Positions 10,131 through 20,051 of a stretch of DNA of 64,000 bases are shown in pieces (positions within the stretch are counted from its first letter, which is position 1; each line of letters starts with the position of its first letter). The stretch is taken from NCBI GenBank assembly GCA_963769935.1, contig CAVYNY010000032.1, forward strand, positions 32,001 through 96,000. The letters run 5' to 3'. This stretch comes from an uncultured delta proteobacterium. Its GTDB lineage: Bacteria > Desulfobacterota > Desulfobacteria > Desulfobacterales > JAFDCJ01. A model generated the notes under the pieces. The model saw nothing but the letters and a program-made list of their open reading frames with translations, was not told the DNA's origin and made no database searches. The translations under genes and the position numbers were made by a program.

Positions 10131-11951
10131 ATGTCTATGGATTCAACGCCAGAAAAAATGGGTTCTCGCGAGGGCACTGATAATAAAGAGTTTTCGAGCG
10201 CCGCCGCCGAGAAAAATCATATGGATAGAGCGGCCGTTATCACCCCGTTGCCGCACCGGTATATCATTAAAGATTCAAACGACGGCCGAATTCTGACCTG
10301 TCTCGAAACACCCAATATTGCAGTTCATATTGAAGCCGGAATGACGATCTCCGCCTCAGCCGCCCGCAAGTCGTCTCCCGGCGCCATATACCTCGACGGC
10401 GCCGCTCAAAGTGAACCTTTCATGGATAATGAGAAGCAGATTTACAACTTTGACCACCATGAAGGATGTTTGCGGCCGTTTACGCTTTCAACCTGCGAGC
10501 AGGTCCTGGTAATGATTTTTAAGGGCCTGGACCTGCGCGGCCGGGATTGGAGGGTATTTGCCAACGAACCGGACTTGGACACAATCCTGGCAATCTGGCT
10601 CATTTTAAACCATCTGCGGATTCAAAAAAAAGATTCCGGCCGTCTGCAGTTCTTATATGCGCTGGTTCGGCTGGAGGGTATCATAGATTCTCACGGATTG
10701 GAAATGACCGGGTTCAGCGGATTGCCACCGGAACTTGTTAAAAAAACAAAAAAAGTGATCGACTATTTGCGTGCCGAAGAAATTGATTTAAAAAAGAACG
10801 CTATATGGGAGGAAATCGACCGCCTGGAACACACCGCCTTGATATTGCAGAAAATCGACCGAATCATCTACAGATCCAATGATCTGGCCGATTTTAAAGA
10901 ACTAAGCGAACTGTCACGGATTGAATTGGGAGGCAGCCGCATTGCCGTTGTCGTCGAAGCCGATCTGGGCATTTACGAGCTTGAACCCCACCTGCAAAGG
11001 GTGTATGGCGAAAGCATCGGGCTGGTGATTCTCAAAAAGGGAGAAGGCATTTATACTCTGCGTCGTTTAGATCCCTTCATGCCGGGTGATCTGAATGACG
11101 TGTATCGAATATTGAACTATATTGATCCCGCCGTCCGATGCCGCACAAACAGCAATCAATGGGGCGGATCCGGCGACATTGGCGGCTCGCCGCGAGGAAT
11201 TTCTACCAAACTGAGCCCCGCCGAAATTGCCCAGGCCTGCCGCGACGCCTTTCAGAATCCCAGACCGGCCGCCTATGTGATTCATTTTATCTATGCCCTA
11301 ATGGCAGTAATTGCAATAGTTGGGGCGGCTGTCGCAAGCGATTTATATCTTCCGTCCGGTTCCTGGCTCAACAAGACACCTGCACTCGGGCTGGTTTCAA
11401 AAACATATTTTTCTTTTTTCGGCGCCCTAGTATTTTTCACGGCCGTCGTCATCTTTTTGATATCACGACGGCGGTTGTGGCGATTTGGATTTGGCATCCC
11501 GCGCGGCAAAGATTGGTGGATTTGTTTGCCGGTTGTCCTGCTGGCTGCGATGGCAAACGGTGTCTATTTTCCAAATTCAGCTTTTCAATTTTTGAATTTC
11601 AATAAAAGCATAGTATATGTTTTTATCGCCATTCCTTTGGCATCCGAGTTGCTGTTCCGTGGTTTGGCCTACGGTATTTTAGCCGGGGACATCGGTGTTC
11701 AGAGCTGCAACACCCCATGGTCCTTTTCATATGCAGCGGTTGCTGCGGCAATTTTGTATGCCGGCTTTATCACATGCCTCACGTTCCTTCCGGAGATGTC
11801 CCAGGGAGCATTTCAAGCGAAAATCGTTGCCGAAACCGCCTTTGCTGCATTTGCCTTTGGACTCGCCAATGGCATTGTCAGGGAAAGGAGTCAGAGCATC
11901 CTCCCGGCCGTTGTTTTTCACGCCATGGCCATGGCTGTTTTCGTCTTTTAA
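10131..11951 (+). CDS. DHH-like phosphoesterase-fold domain fused to a CPBP (CAAX/Abi) membrane domain
   Basis: YNFDHHEG, NEPDLD and WGGSGDIGGSPRG in the soluble half; multi-TM C-terminus with SELLFRG and RERSQSILPAVVFH. Confidence 0.7.
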   Translation: MSMDSTPEKMGSREGTDNKEFSSAAAEKNHMDRAAVITPLPHRYIIKDSNDGRILTCLETPNIAVHIEAGMTISASAARKSSPGAIYLDGAAQSEPFMDNEKQIYNFDHHEGCLRPFTLSTCEQVLVMIFKGLDLRGRDWRVFANEPDLDTILAIWLILNHLRIQKKDSGRLQFLYALVRLEGIIDSHGLEMTGFSGLPPELVKKTKKVIDYLRAEEIDLKKNAIWEEIDRLEHTALILQKIDRIIYRSNDLADFKELSELSRIELGGSRIAVVVEADLGIYELEPHLQRVYGESIGLVILKKGEGIYTLRRLDPFMPGDLNDVYRILNYIDPAVRCRTNSNQWGGSGDIGGSPRGISTKLSPAEIAQACRDAFQNPRPAAYVIHFIYALMAVIAIVGAAVASDLYLPSGSWLNKTPALGLVSKTYFSFFGALVFFTAVVIFLISRRRLWRFGFGIPRGKDWWICLPVVLLAAMANGVYFPNSAFQFLNFNKSIVYVFIAIPLASELLFRGLAYGILAGDIGVQSCNTPWSFSYAAVAAAILYAGFITCLTFLPEMSQGAFQAKIVAETAFAAFAFGLANGIVRERSQSILPAVVFHAMAMAVFVF

Positions 11952-12036
11952 AGGACAAGGTTTATGCTAACATTGAAAGCCTGTCCCTCCGGGTCAGGAT
12001 TGTTTACCGCTACAAAATTTTTTGATGAAGCCTCTG

Positions 12037-13167
12037 TTATTCGAGGAAAAAATGCAGCCCTAAGCCGAAAAATTGTATATTGTTTTCATAAAATTGTCCG
12101 TTGGGTGAATTTCCGTTGTAATACTCAAACAGCAACTGAACCTTGCGGCTCAGAAAATCCGGATTTTCAAACTGAATTCCGGCGCGGGCCGACACGTCCG
12201 TGTTCCAGTTGCTTTCCTGTCGATTCTGGATATCCAGCGCCACTACCGGGCGCAGCGCCTCTTCAAACCAAGACTTCTTGCCACGGTACTCCAGTCCATA
12301 CTCAACGGACCACGGGTCCAGATTCGACGGGTCCCGGTGAAAAAGGTAGCCCCCACCGGCATAAACGCGGAATCCGGCCGGCAAATTATAGGAAAGCAGA
12401 CTGTTTACGCTTTCATAGCTCAAATTGATGCGCTCATCGCTTTGCCCGCGCAAAAGGTACTCGTCGCCCAGATGGGAACTCTGATGAAAAACGCGCGTCA
12501 TATTGGAAAAATCGCCTTTCTTTAGCGTTAGAGGGATGCCGACCATATAGTCCGCGTTAATCAGATCAAAGGATTGGGAATCGAGGTCGAAGATGGAAAA
12601 AACTCCTGCCTGGACTCCAAGCTGCATAGTTGACTTCCATGGTCCGCGAAAACGGTACAGGCCGATTGACTCACCGAAATTGGTGGACGCCACATTGCGG
12701 AGCTGGTCGTTGCTTATATATCGCTGAAATGAGGCTGAAAAATGCGGCCACCGCGGGTCGCCGAGCAAAGGTTGAAACAGCAGGGATTTAGGCAAAAACA
12801 CCGGCAGATGCACACCCGGCTCTGAAGTTTCTTTAAATGCTTTCGGTTGAACACCTGCCGCTTCCGTCGGCTTGCTTTCCGGGACAAATTCAATCCCCAG
12901 GACGCCGGGCACATCGGAAAGCATTTTGCGCAGCTCCGTTTTTTCTTCTTCTGATAATGACTCACCCTGAAGGTATATCACACCGGCGGCGACCCTGATG
13001 GATTCGACGGTGCCGGGATAATTCATGGCAACTACGGCTGTTGCGTAACCCTGGATAAATTCATCGCCGGGCAGCGCGGCCTGCACTCCCAAATCTGTAA
13101 ACTGCCATAAGGCGAACAGCGCCAATATCCAAATCCGGATGGTCTGTTTCTTCAAAAGATTTATCAT
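12037..13167 (-). CDS. DUF1207-like secreted or outer-membrane protein
   Basis: Signal peptide; LFQPLLGDPRWP, FDLINADY.VG.P, FHQSSHLGDEYLLR, YNGNSPNGQFY; C-terminal aromatic strand. Confidence 0.75.
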   Translation of the reverse strand: MINLLKKQTIRIWILALFALWQFTDLGVQAALPGDEFIQGYATAVVAMNYPGTVESIRVAAGVIYLQGESLSEEEKTELRKMLSDVPGVLGIEFVPESKPTEAAGVQPKAFKETSEPGVHLPVFLPKSLLFQPLLGDPRWPHFSASFQRYISNDQLRNVASTNFGESIGLYRFRGPWKSTMQLGVQAGVFSIFDLDSQSFDLINADYMVGIPLTLKKGDFSNMTRVFHQSSHLGDEYLLRGQSDERINLSYESVNSLLSYNLPAGFRVYAGGGYLFHRDPSNLDPWSVEYGLEYRGKKSWFEEALRPVVALDIQNRQESNWNTDVSARAGIQFENPDFLSRKVQLLFEYYNGNSPNGQFYENNIQFFGLGLHFFLE

Positions 13168-13511
13168 ATCTGCCTCCTTGGAGATAAATGTTGGCCACTC
13201 GCGCGACTATAGCATGAATTCCAAAATTATATCTTTGTAAAACGGATTTCAATGGATGAGAGATTGTCCACGTCCCTTTCAAGGGGGCTTCCCGCTCAGC
13301 TTGTCCCGCGCACGGGTGTCGGATCGGGCAATTTATGGTCGAGGCCGGTGACGGCCGCCGGGGTCGCGTCAATTCGGTTAGAGATGTGGAAGCTCGACGT
13401 CCAGGTCGGCAAGCCGGCCTGCTCGGCCTGCACCAACCGGGGACAAGGGCTCGGGGCGGTTGGCCAGGACACGCCAAAGGGGCTCTCCGGTTGCAACTCT
13501 AATTTTATAGT

Positions 13512-14293
13512 CTAGGCCACCGTTGCCCGTACATAGCAGAAACAGGCACCCGTTTTTCCGGCCGATGATCCGTCCTTGAGGGTGAGATACCTTTTCTGCA
13601 TGTCTTCCGGCGTAAGATGTTCAATAAGGGCCAAGCCTCTCTCCGAGAGAAAGGATCCTATCTCTTCTCTTTTGATAGTGAACTGCATGCGCTCGCCGGG
13701 AGAGTGGGTTTTCATGAATTCACGATGTTCTTTTACACCGTAAGCCTCGTCCATACCGGGAAAAGTGCCGTAATAGTCGAAACAGACGGTGCTGCCGCAC
13801 GGCGAGTTTTCCCGGATGAAGCCGAGCGTGCTATCGATCGCCTCCGCGGGCAGATAATAGGTTACCCCTTCCCAGATATAGAGCGACCTTTGTTCTTTGT
13901 CGAAGCCCGCTGAAAACAGGGCATCTGTTCCACTGTCTTCTCGGACGCCTTCACCTCGCTTATGATACCAATCACATTGCCGGAAGGGTCCTTCAACGTG
14001 GCCGTTCTCATCCCGACCATCGTTGTCAGGTCTGTGTGGGGGGTCGCCCCCAGTTCGCACAACCGCCGGTGGGCTAAAACGGCATCCTCCACGGCCCAGT
14101 AAACGATGGCCCCATCCTGCGCGTTTGATGATTTTTCACGCGGTGCCAGGCTCAAGACAGATGGGCCGACAAGGAATGCTACTCCAACGGGCGAATCGAA
14201 CACCGGCTCCTTACCGAGGACCTGCCGGTACCATTCCTTGGCCTTTTTCAAATCGGATACGCCATAGACGATCCTTCCCGGACTCTTGAAAAT
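13512..14293 (-). pseudogene. VOC + class I SAM-dependent (LCM-type) methyltransferase fusion, internally deleted and frameshifted
   Basis: AGGAG is followed by ATT (not ATG) FKSPGRIVYGVSDLKKAKEWY...DPSGNVIGII. A frame change near 13920 leads to LYIWEGVTYYLP..AIDSTLGFI...STVCFDY. The N-terminal half of the methyltransferase is missing. Confidence 0.7.
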
Positions 14294-14396
14294 GTTCTTC
14301 TCCTAAAGGCTTCCCGCCGGATATTGCGGTTTTAATATTAGACATCGGCTTACCTCCATGCAATAAAAAAAGATATAACCATCGGTTTCACTGTTG

Positions 14397-15509
14397 TTAA
14401 CGGTGAGCACTGTCTATGGCCTGCTTTAAGTCTGCGATCAGGTCTTGTCCGTCTTCGCAGCCAACGCTCAAACGAATGAAACCTTCTGCGACTTTGTCGC
14501 CGCCCCAGCGCGCACGCCGTTCTGCAGTCGTATGCAATCCGCCGAAGCTGGTCGCTTCAAATACCAGGCCGCAGTTCCCCAGGAATTTTTCAGCCAGAGC
14601 CCGATTTCCCAATTCAAAACTGATGACCGGACCGAAGAAATTCATTTGGCGCGAGGCCGTTGGATAGGCCGGGTCTGTGGGCAGCCCCGGATAGCGCAAT
14701 CCTTGAACTTCGGAACGCGAAGCGAGGAACTCCGCAATCGCCAGCGCATTTTTGCCCTGACGTTCAATCCGCATATCCAGCGTAGCCAGGGATCGGTGGG
14801 CCAGCCAGACTTCCATCGGCCCCGGGGCTGCCCCCATTTGCGTTCGCCATGTTCGAAGTTTATTTGCCCAGTCAGCGTCACGCACCGACACATGACCCAG
14901 AATCAGATCGCTGTGCCCCGTTGTGGCCTTCGTATCCGAGGAAAGCGAAAAATCAGCGCCCAAGGCCAGCGGCTGCTGTCCAAGACAAGACGGCGTGGTG
15001 TTATCCACCACCACCAGCGCCCCGGCGGCATGGGCCGCTTCCGACAACACAGCAATGTCACAGACGTCCAGGCAGGGGTTGCTGGGGGTCTCCAACCACA
15101 GGAGTTTTGCGCCCTGGAGATGCTCCTTTTGGGCGTTGCCTGCGGTGGGAGCAAGACGGACCTCCACGCCAAGGGTCGTGAAAAACCCGCCGGCGATCAT
15201 GCGGGCCGTGTAGTAGGCGTCCGACGGCATAACCAGACGGTCACCCGATTTAAGCGTCAAACCGAGTGTGGCCGCAACCGCCGCCATGCCGGAGGAGAAA
15301 ACCACGGTATCTGTGCCTCCCTCCAGTTCACTGATGGCCCTTTCGTAGGCGGTCCAGGTTGGATTGTGATAACGTCCATAGGTGTAGGGCGAACTTGCCG
15401 GATCGCCGGTCAAGTGGTATGCCCCCGCGAAGGTGGGACCAGGCAGGAAGGCCTCACCTTGCGTGATGTCGGGCAAGCCTGCTCGGACTACACGAGTTGC
15501 ATTTTTCAT
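14397..15509 (-). CDS. Cystathionine gamma-lyase family PLP enzyme
   Basis: YGRYHNPT, FSSGMAA, LETPSNP, VVDNT, PLP lysine in SDTKATTGHSD, TSFGG, IRLSVGCED; GAGG before ATG 15509. Confidence 0.9.
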   Translation of the reverse strand: MKNATRVVRAGLPDITQGEAFLPGPTFAGAYHLTGDPASSPYTYGRYHNPTWTAYERAISELEGGTDTVVFSSGMAAVAATLGLTLKSGDRLVMPSDAYYTARMIAGGFFTTLGVEVRLAPTAGNAQKEHLQGAKLLWLETPSNPCLDVCDIAVLSEAAHAAGALVVVDNTTPSCLGQQPLALGADFSLSSDTKATTGHSDLILGHVSVRDADWANKLRTWRTQMGAAPGPMEVWLAHRSLATLDMRIERQGKNALAIAEFLASRSEVQGLRYPGLPTDPAYPTASRQMNFFGPVISFELGNRALAEKFLGNCGLVFEATSFGGLHTTAERRARWGGDKVAEGFIRLSVGCEDGQDLIADLKQAIDSAHR

Positions 15510-15560
15510 AAGACACCTCATCCCCCAGTTGCCGGTCATGCAAAATCCCAAGAAAATATT

Positions 15561-15827
15561 TTATTTCAGGTGCCCACCTACTTCCGCTTGCAAAAGCACA
15601 TCCTCGATTGCATCTACCAGGTTCCGGGCAGCCTGCTCACTGAGTTCTACAGCGACCCTGGCCCCCGGACCCAAGTCTTCGTTGACAAAATCGATATTCA
15701 AGGCATGCTCCATGGAAATATGGAAGGGGTGGTCATAGGAAACGTTGGCCTGATTGAGGGTAAACCATCCCTTTGTTCCTTTGCCGCTGCCGTCGATATT
15801 AACTTTTTTGACAATCATGGTACACAT
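15561..15827 (-). CDS. DUF6295-like small protein
   Basis: MCTMI...GSGKG..GWF.L..ANVSYDHPFH...EHALNIDFVN...GPGARVAVELS. Confidence 0.75.
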   Translation of the reverse strand: MCTMIVKKVNIDGSGKGTKGWFTLNQANVSYDHPFHISMEHALNIDFVNEDLGPGARVAVELSEQAARNLVDAIEDVLLQAEVGGHLK

Positions 15828-15845
15828 TTTAGTCTTCCTCTCTGA

Positions 15846-16607
15846 TCAACCGGTCGCAAGATATTTACTCAGGAAAGCGAAAATCTTCTCCCACCCATCT
15901 ACTGCCTGCTGCTGCCGGTAATTCGGTCTGTTATAGTAAAAGAAGCCGTGTCCCGCGCCCGGATACCTGTGGAATTCATAGGGCTTCCCGCACTTTTTTA
16001 ATTCTTCTTCGTGCAGAGCAACTTGTTCGGGGGCAGGGCTGGTATCTTCTTCGCCAAAGAGACCCAAAATCGGACAAGATAGATCTTTGGTGTAGTCAAG
16101 GGGAGCAACCGGATGTTTGGAGTTCAAATCCGCTTCTGTCATTACCACCCCTCCACCCCAACAATCCACGACCGCATCAAACCCTCCTACCCGGCAGGCT
16201 GCCAGATATGCATGCCGGCCGCCGGAACAAGTTCCAAACACGCCCACCTTGCCGTTGAGATAAGGCAGTGACCGCAGGTACAACATTGCTCCTTCGATAT
16301 CACGTACGGCCTGATCATCAGGAATTCCTCCATCGCCGCGAACTTTGGCGGCCACATCTTCCGGAGTCCCGTGACCTGAACGGAAATAAAGGTTAGGAGA
16401 GACAGCGGCATACCCGTGGTGAGCGAACTTGCGCGTGGCTTCCCGGTACCATTCATCCCATCCCGGCATATGGTGGGCCAAAACCAGTCCTGGAAACGGT
16501 CCGGCACCCAACGGGCGGGCAAAATAGGCATTAATCAACTCGTCATCATCACCCGAAATGCTGATCGTCTCCGCTAACATACCCTCATACATATTTGTTT
16601 GATACAT
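15846..16607 (-). CDS. Dienelactone hydrolase family protein
   Basis: GTCSGG nucleophile, FGEED, YPGAGHGF; AAGGAG RBS. Confidence 0.9.
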   Translation of the reverse strand: MYQTNMYEGMLAETISISGDDDELINAYFARPLGAGPFPGLVLAHHMPGWDEWYREATRKFAHHGYAAVSPNLYFRSGHGTPEDVAAKVRGDGGIPDDQAVRDIEGAMLYLRSLPYLNGKVGVFGTCSGGRHAYLAACRVGGFDAVVDCWGGGVVMTEADLNSKHPVAPLDYTKDLSCPILGLFGEEDTSPAPEQVALHEEELKKCGKPYEFHRYPGAGHGFFYYNRPNYRQQQAVDGWEKIFAFLSKYLATG

Positions 16608-17010
16608 AATTTTCTCCTTTTGGATCGGATTGAACTTGACTCGTAAATTTTCATCCCGCTGGCGGCAGATTCTGAATTTTCCTGCCGGAGATGATTTTTA
16701 TGCGACAAGATGGAGGCGCGCCATGAAACCGGTACGGCTTCGGGTAACTTCCATTTTCCAATGCTTGTCTGCTCGGCTTTGATCGCATCCTGCAAGGAAT
16801 AAGAGAGACGGCCAGCGTCAGGCCAAGCGCAAAAAAGTCCGACGCGTTTTTTATGAGAGCTTCCTTAGAATCGATATTTGAAGGACTGCCAGGCGCGAGT
16901 GTTACGGCCGAACGCTACGGATCACCGACCGGCGGTATGGACTTGCGAACTATTACGGACGTTAACGGTAAACCCGCCGGCTGATTCCAGTCAGGTGAAC
17001 ATGATAAATC

Positions 17011-17178
17011 TTAATCACTAATCAAGATTTGACAAGAAAGCGCCTTTCCATGCTTTTGAAATAATTTCTGCGCCTCACTGGAGTTGAATTTCACGCCGGC
17101 ATCGCGCAGAATCTCCATCGATGCGTTATGGATTTGGCTGAGTTCATAGCCTCTAAAAATTTGCATGCGGTCGGTCAT
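17011..17178 (-). pseudogene. 5' fragment of an MttB-family (trimethylamine methyltransferase-like) gene
   Basis: MTDRMQIFRGYELSQIHNASMEILRDAGVKFNSSEAQKLFQKHG then an early stop; AAGGA RBS; resembles MttB N-termini. Confidence 0.6.
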
Positions 17179-17225
17179 AGAACATTTTCCTTATTCTTAT
17201 GCGTTGGGTAGTGTTAGGTTTCGCC

Positions 17226-18020
17226 TCAATATCTGAAGTGTTTGATCGGTTCTCCCTTTTCTTCGATTTCGGTCATGGCTTCGATGCCGATCTGAAGATG
17301 CTTGTCGGCCCAAAGCGTGGTGATCAGCTCATCCGACGCTTCGGTTTTGACACCCTCCGGCGCAACCGGCACATCCGAGACCAGCAGCAGCGCCCCTCGC
17401 GCAATCTCATTGTAGTGCCCGACGATGAAAATGGTGGCCGTTTCCATGTCGATGGCAATGCAGGTCATCTGTTTCAATTTTTCGTGGAATCGCTTGTCAT
17501 GCTCCCAGAGGCGACGGTTGGTCGTGTACACAACGCCCGTTCGATACTCCAGCCCGTGCTGGACGATTTTTTCCGAGACGAATTTATGCAGTTTGAAGGA
17601 CGGAAGGGCCGGTACTTCAGCCGGGAAATAGTCATTGCTGGTTCCTTCACCTCGAATCGCGGCAATCGGGAGAATAAAGTTGCCCAGCTCGGTAGACTTC
17701 TTAAGGCCGCCGCATTTGCCGAGAAACAACACCCCTTTCGGTTGACGGGCGCAAAGTAAATCCATGACCGTCGCAGCGTTTGGGGACCCCATACTGAAAT
17801 TGATAATCGTCAGCCCGGAATCGTTGGTTGCAGCCTGCATCGGTCTTTTTTCGCCATAAACATCGCATTTAAACCTTTCGGCGAAATCGGTCAGGTAGTA
17901 TTTGAAGTTCGTCAGAAGTATATAGTCGCCAAAAAGATCAAGCTGCATTCCGGTGTATCGCGGAAGCCAGTTTCTGGCAATCTGCAGTCGGTCTAGTACT
18001 TTCATGGATTCCATCCTCAC
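17226..18020 (-). CDS. amn: AMP nucleosidase (short form, PNP/UDP family)
   Basis: NWLPRYTG, YILLTNF, INFSMGSPNAAT.MDLL, LFLGKCGGLK, AIRGEGTS.DY, AIDMETAT. Confidence 0.9.
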   Translation of the reverse strand: MRMESMKVLDRLQIARNWLPRYTGMQLDLFGDYILLTNFKYYLTDFAERFKCDVYGEKRPMQAATNDSGLTIINFSMGSPNAATVMDLLCARQPKGVLFLGKCGGLKKSTELGNFILPIAAIRGEGTSNDYFPAEVPALPSFKLHKFVSEKIVQHGLEYRTGVVYTTNRRLWEHDKRFHEKLKQMTCIAIDMETATIFIVGHYNEIARGALLLVSDVPVAPEGVKTEASDELITTLWADKHLQIGIEAMTEIEEKGEPIKHFRY

Positions 18021-18124
18021 AGCATCTCAGAGTGAAAAACCTGCAATGCAGGTTAGTACCTGAGCTTTGCTCGTAGTTTTATCATCGATGAACAAGACTG
18101 AATATCCGTAATATAGGTTATGTG

Positions 18125-18784
18125 CTATTCAAGCTTTGGGCCAGTGATTTCACACTCTTTGAATATCCGGAAGGATTCTTTCAGGTCCTTTATTTCATTT
18201 TGCAGCGATTCTACCGCCAATTCAAGTTTTTCGATCCGTTCGGCCGAAACGGGTGCAGCGGCTCTGAGCGAAGGGGCTTCCTCCGGTTCTGCAAGGGTCG
18301 CATCGCCGCCGAGCCGGTGGGCAAAGCGGGATTCCTTGCGGCCGGGAAGACGCGCAAGCCGCCGGACCAGACCCCATTCTTCAAGATTCTCCAGAGTTTT
18401 CAGCACCGCTTCCAGATCTTCGAAATTGCACAGCCGGGAGGTGCGGCTGCGGATTTCGCCGGTGGTCTGGGGTCCGCGCAACAGCAATACACACATGGCG
18501 GCAGTTTCCCGGGGCACGAAGTTGAACTTCTGCGAAAATCGTTCTTCATATTTTGGTACCCGGCTTATGTTGCTTTGATTCAACAGACCCTTTTGATCCA
18601 GGCTACCGGCGGCAGCCTCTATCGTCGGTTCGTCATAGGAACTCACCGGATCGCGGCTCGATTTCTGGTTGCAGGCATTGGTCAGGGCGTTTAACGAGAG
18701 GGGGTAATAATCCGGGGTGGACAGGGCCTTTTCCATGAGGCTGCCTAGTACCCGGACCTCAATTTCATTCAGGATAATATCCAT
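18125..18784 (-). CDS. YceH/DUF480 family protein
   Basis: EVRVLGSLMEK..TPDYYPLSLNAL.NACNQKSSRDPV; LLLRGPQT.GE. Confidence 0.9.
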   Translation of the reverse strand: MDIILNEIEVRVLGSLMEKALSTPDYYPLSLNALTNACNQKSSRDPVSSYDEPTIEAAAGSLDQKGLLNQSNISRVPKYEERFSQKFNFVPRETAAMCVLLLRGPQTTGEIRSRTSRLCNFEDLEAVLKTLENLEEWGLVRRLARLPGRKESRFAHRLGGDATLAEPEEAPSLRAAAPVSAERIEKLELAVESLQNEIKDLKESFRIFKECEITGPKLE

Positions 18785-18872
18785 ATATGCCTTTCTGAGG
18801 AAAAATTTGGGTCGTCTTCATTTTTGACAGAATATAGTATACTTCGAATCTAAAAACAGGTTCTTATTCCAA

Positions 18873-20051
18873 TTAATTCTTTACTATAATTTTTTCAATC
18901 GTTCGGCTTAACAGACGCAGATCCTGCAGCGCACCCATGGGCAAAAAGTAATCCACATAGGGCAGGGCGGTGCGCATCCCCTGGCAGATCGGCCGGTAGT
19001 CCCTGGTCCTCAGCAGCGGATTCAGCCAGATGATCTTATGGGTCCGACGCTTGAGCAGGGCCATCTGAGCTTCTAAAAGGTCTACTTCCCCGCGGTCCCA
19101 GCCGTCGCTGAAGATCATGACGATATCTTTGCCCGACAGCAGCCGCCGGCCGTAGCTTTCGGAAAAGCTGCTCAGACAGTGGCCGATTCTGGTGCCCCCG
19201 CCCCAATCCGGAACAACCTCAGGCAGCCGCTTCCAGGCCGCCGAAAAATCGCCGGCGTCAAATAACCCGGTGGCGCGGGAAAGACCGGTCGAAAAAAAGA
19301 AAATTTCCGTGCGGCGATCAACCCGCTTCAGCGCGTGGATGAACTGCAGGATCATAAGGGTATAAACATCCATGGACCCGCTGACGTCGCAAAAAAAGAC
19401 CACCCGGCGCTTTTTTGTTTTGCGCTTCTTATAGTCCAGGAATATGAGTTCCCCGCCGAACTGCATGTTTTTGCGCAGTATTCTTCTCAAAGAAATCTGC
19501 CTGCCGTGCATCGTGTATTGAAGACGCCGGGACGGGCGGTTTCTGACGGGCAGCAGCATTTGACGGATCGTTTCATACAAGTCCCGGGAGGCCGCAAATT
19601 CAAGCTCGCGGGCTGCACTCGTTTTGTTCAGCGAGTCCGGGCTGTAGCGGATGGCTCCCGGCTGTTTCGAAGCCGGTTCATCCGGACCAGGAAGCCCGAA
19701 ATCATTGCGGGTTTTCGTTCCGGCAGATTGCAGTTCGTCGTCCTGCGGGAGATCCTGGATGCTTTCAGCGGCGGACGTTTGGGCGGTGCGATATTTGCCG
19801 AGCCAGAAGGTATTAAACAACCGGTCGAATACAACAATATCTTTCCTGCGGCAAATGAGGCAGGTCTGCAGCAGACACCTGAATTGGTTCGGGTTGAAAA
19901 TATCGATCAGGGGCAGACCCTGGAGGGCATCTAAAACGGCGGGCAGGGAGACTGCGGCCCCATTGTCTCGCAGCAGATGGGAGAAGCCGGTGATGTTCTC
20001 GACCAATCCTGCGCCGGTTGGCCGGGGTTTTGCGGTAATTTTATCGGGCAT
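18873..20051 (-). CDS. CoxE-like VWA domain protein
   Basis: CDVSGSM MIDAS, DWGGGTRIG, IFSDGWDRG, IWLNPL. Confidence 0.9.
   Translation of the reverse strand: MPDKITAKPRPTGAGLVENITGFSHLLRDNGAAVSLPAVLDALQGLPLIDIFNPNQFRCLLQTCLICRRKDIVVFDRLFNTFWLGKYRTAQTSAAESIQDLPQDDELQSAGTKTRNDFGLPGPDEPASKQPGAIRYSPDSLNKTSAARELEFAASRDLYETIRQMLLPVRNRPSRRLQYTMHGRQISLRRILRKNMQFGGELIFLDYKKRKTKKRRVVFFCDVSGSMDVYTLMILQFIHALKRVDRRTEIFFFSTGLSRATGLFDAGDFSAAWKRLPEVVPDWGGGTRIGHCLSSFSESYGRRLLSGKDIVMIFSDGWDRGEVDLLEAQMALLKRRTHKIIWLNPLLRTRDYRPICQGMRTALPYVDYFLPMGALQDLRLLSRTIEKIIVKN

Noticed and set aside
13250..13510. GC-rich stretch with short ORFs on both strands
   Set aside because: No recognisable motif, RBS or repeat; possibly a decayed fragment.
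14445..15845. 466-aa antisense ORF (likewise 51200..52435, 26394..27425, 36559..37536, 22109..23035)
   Set aside because: Shadow ORFs opposite well-supported GC-rich genes, with no recognisable motifs.
16920..16990. Hairpin (ACCGGCGG...CCGCCGGCT) upstream of the hydrolase operon, considered as a ZTP or other riboswitch
   Set aside because: Only scattered motif fragments match; no family consensus can be supported without a covariance search.
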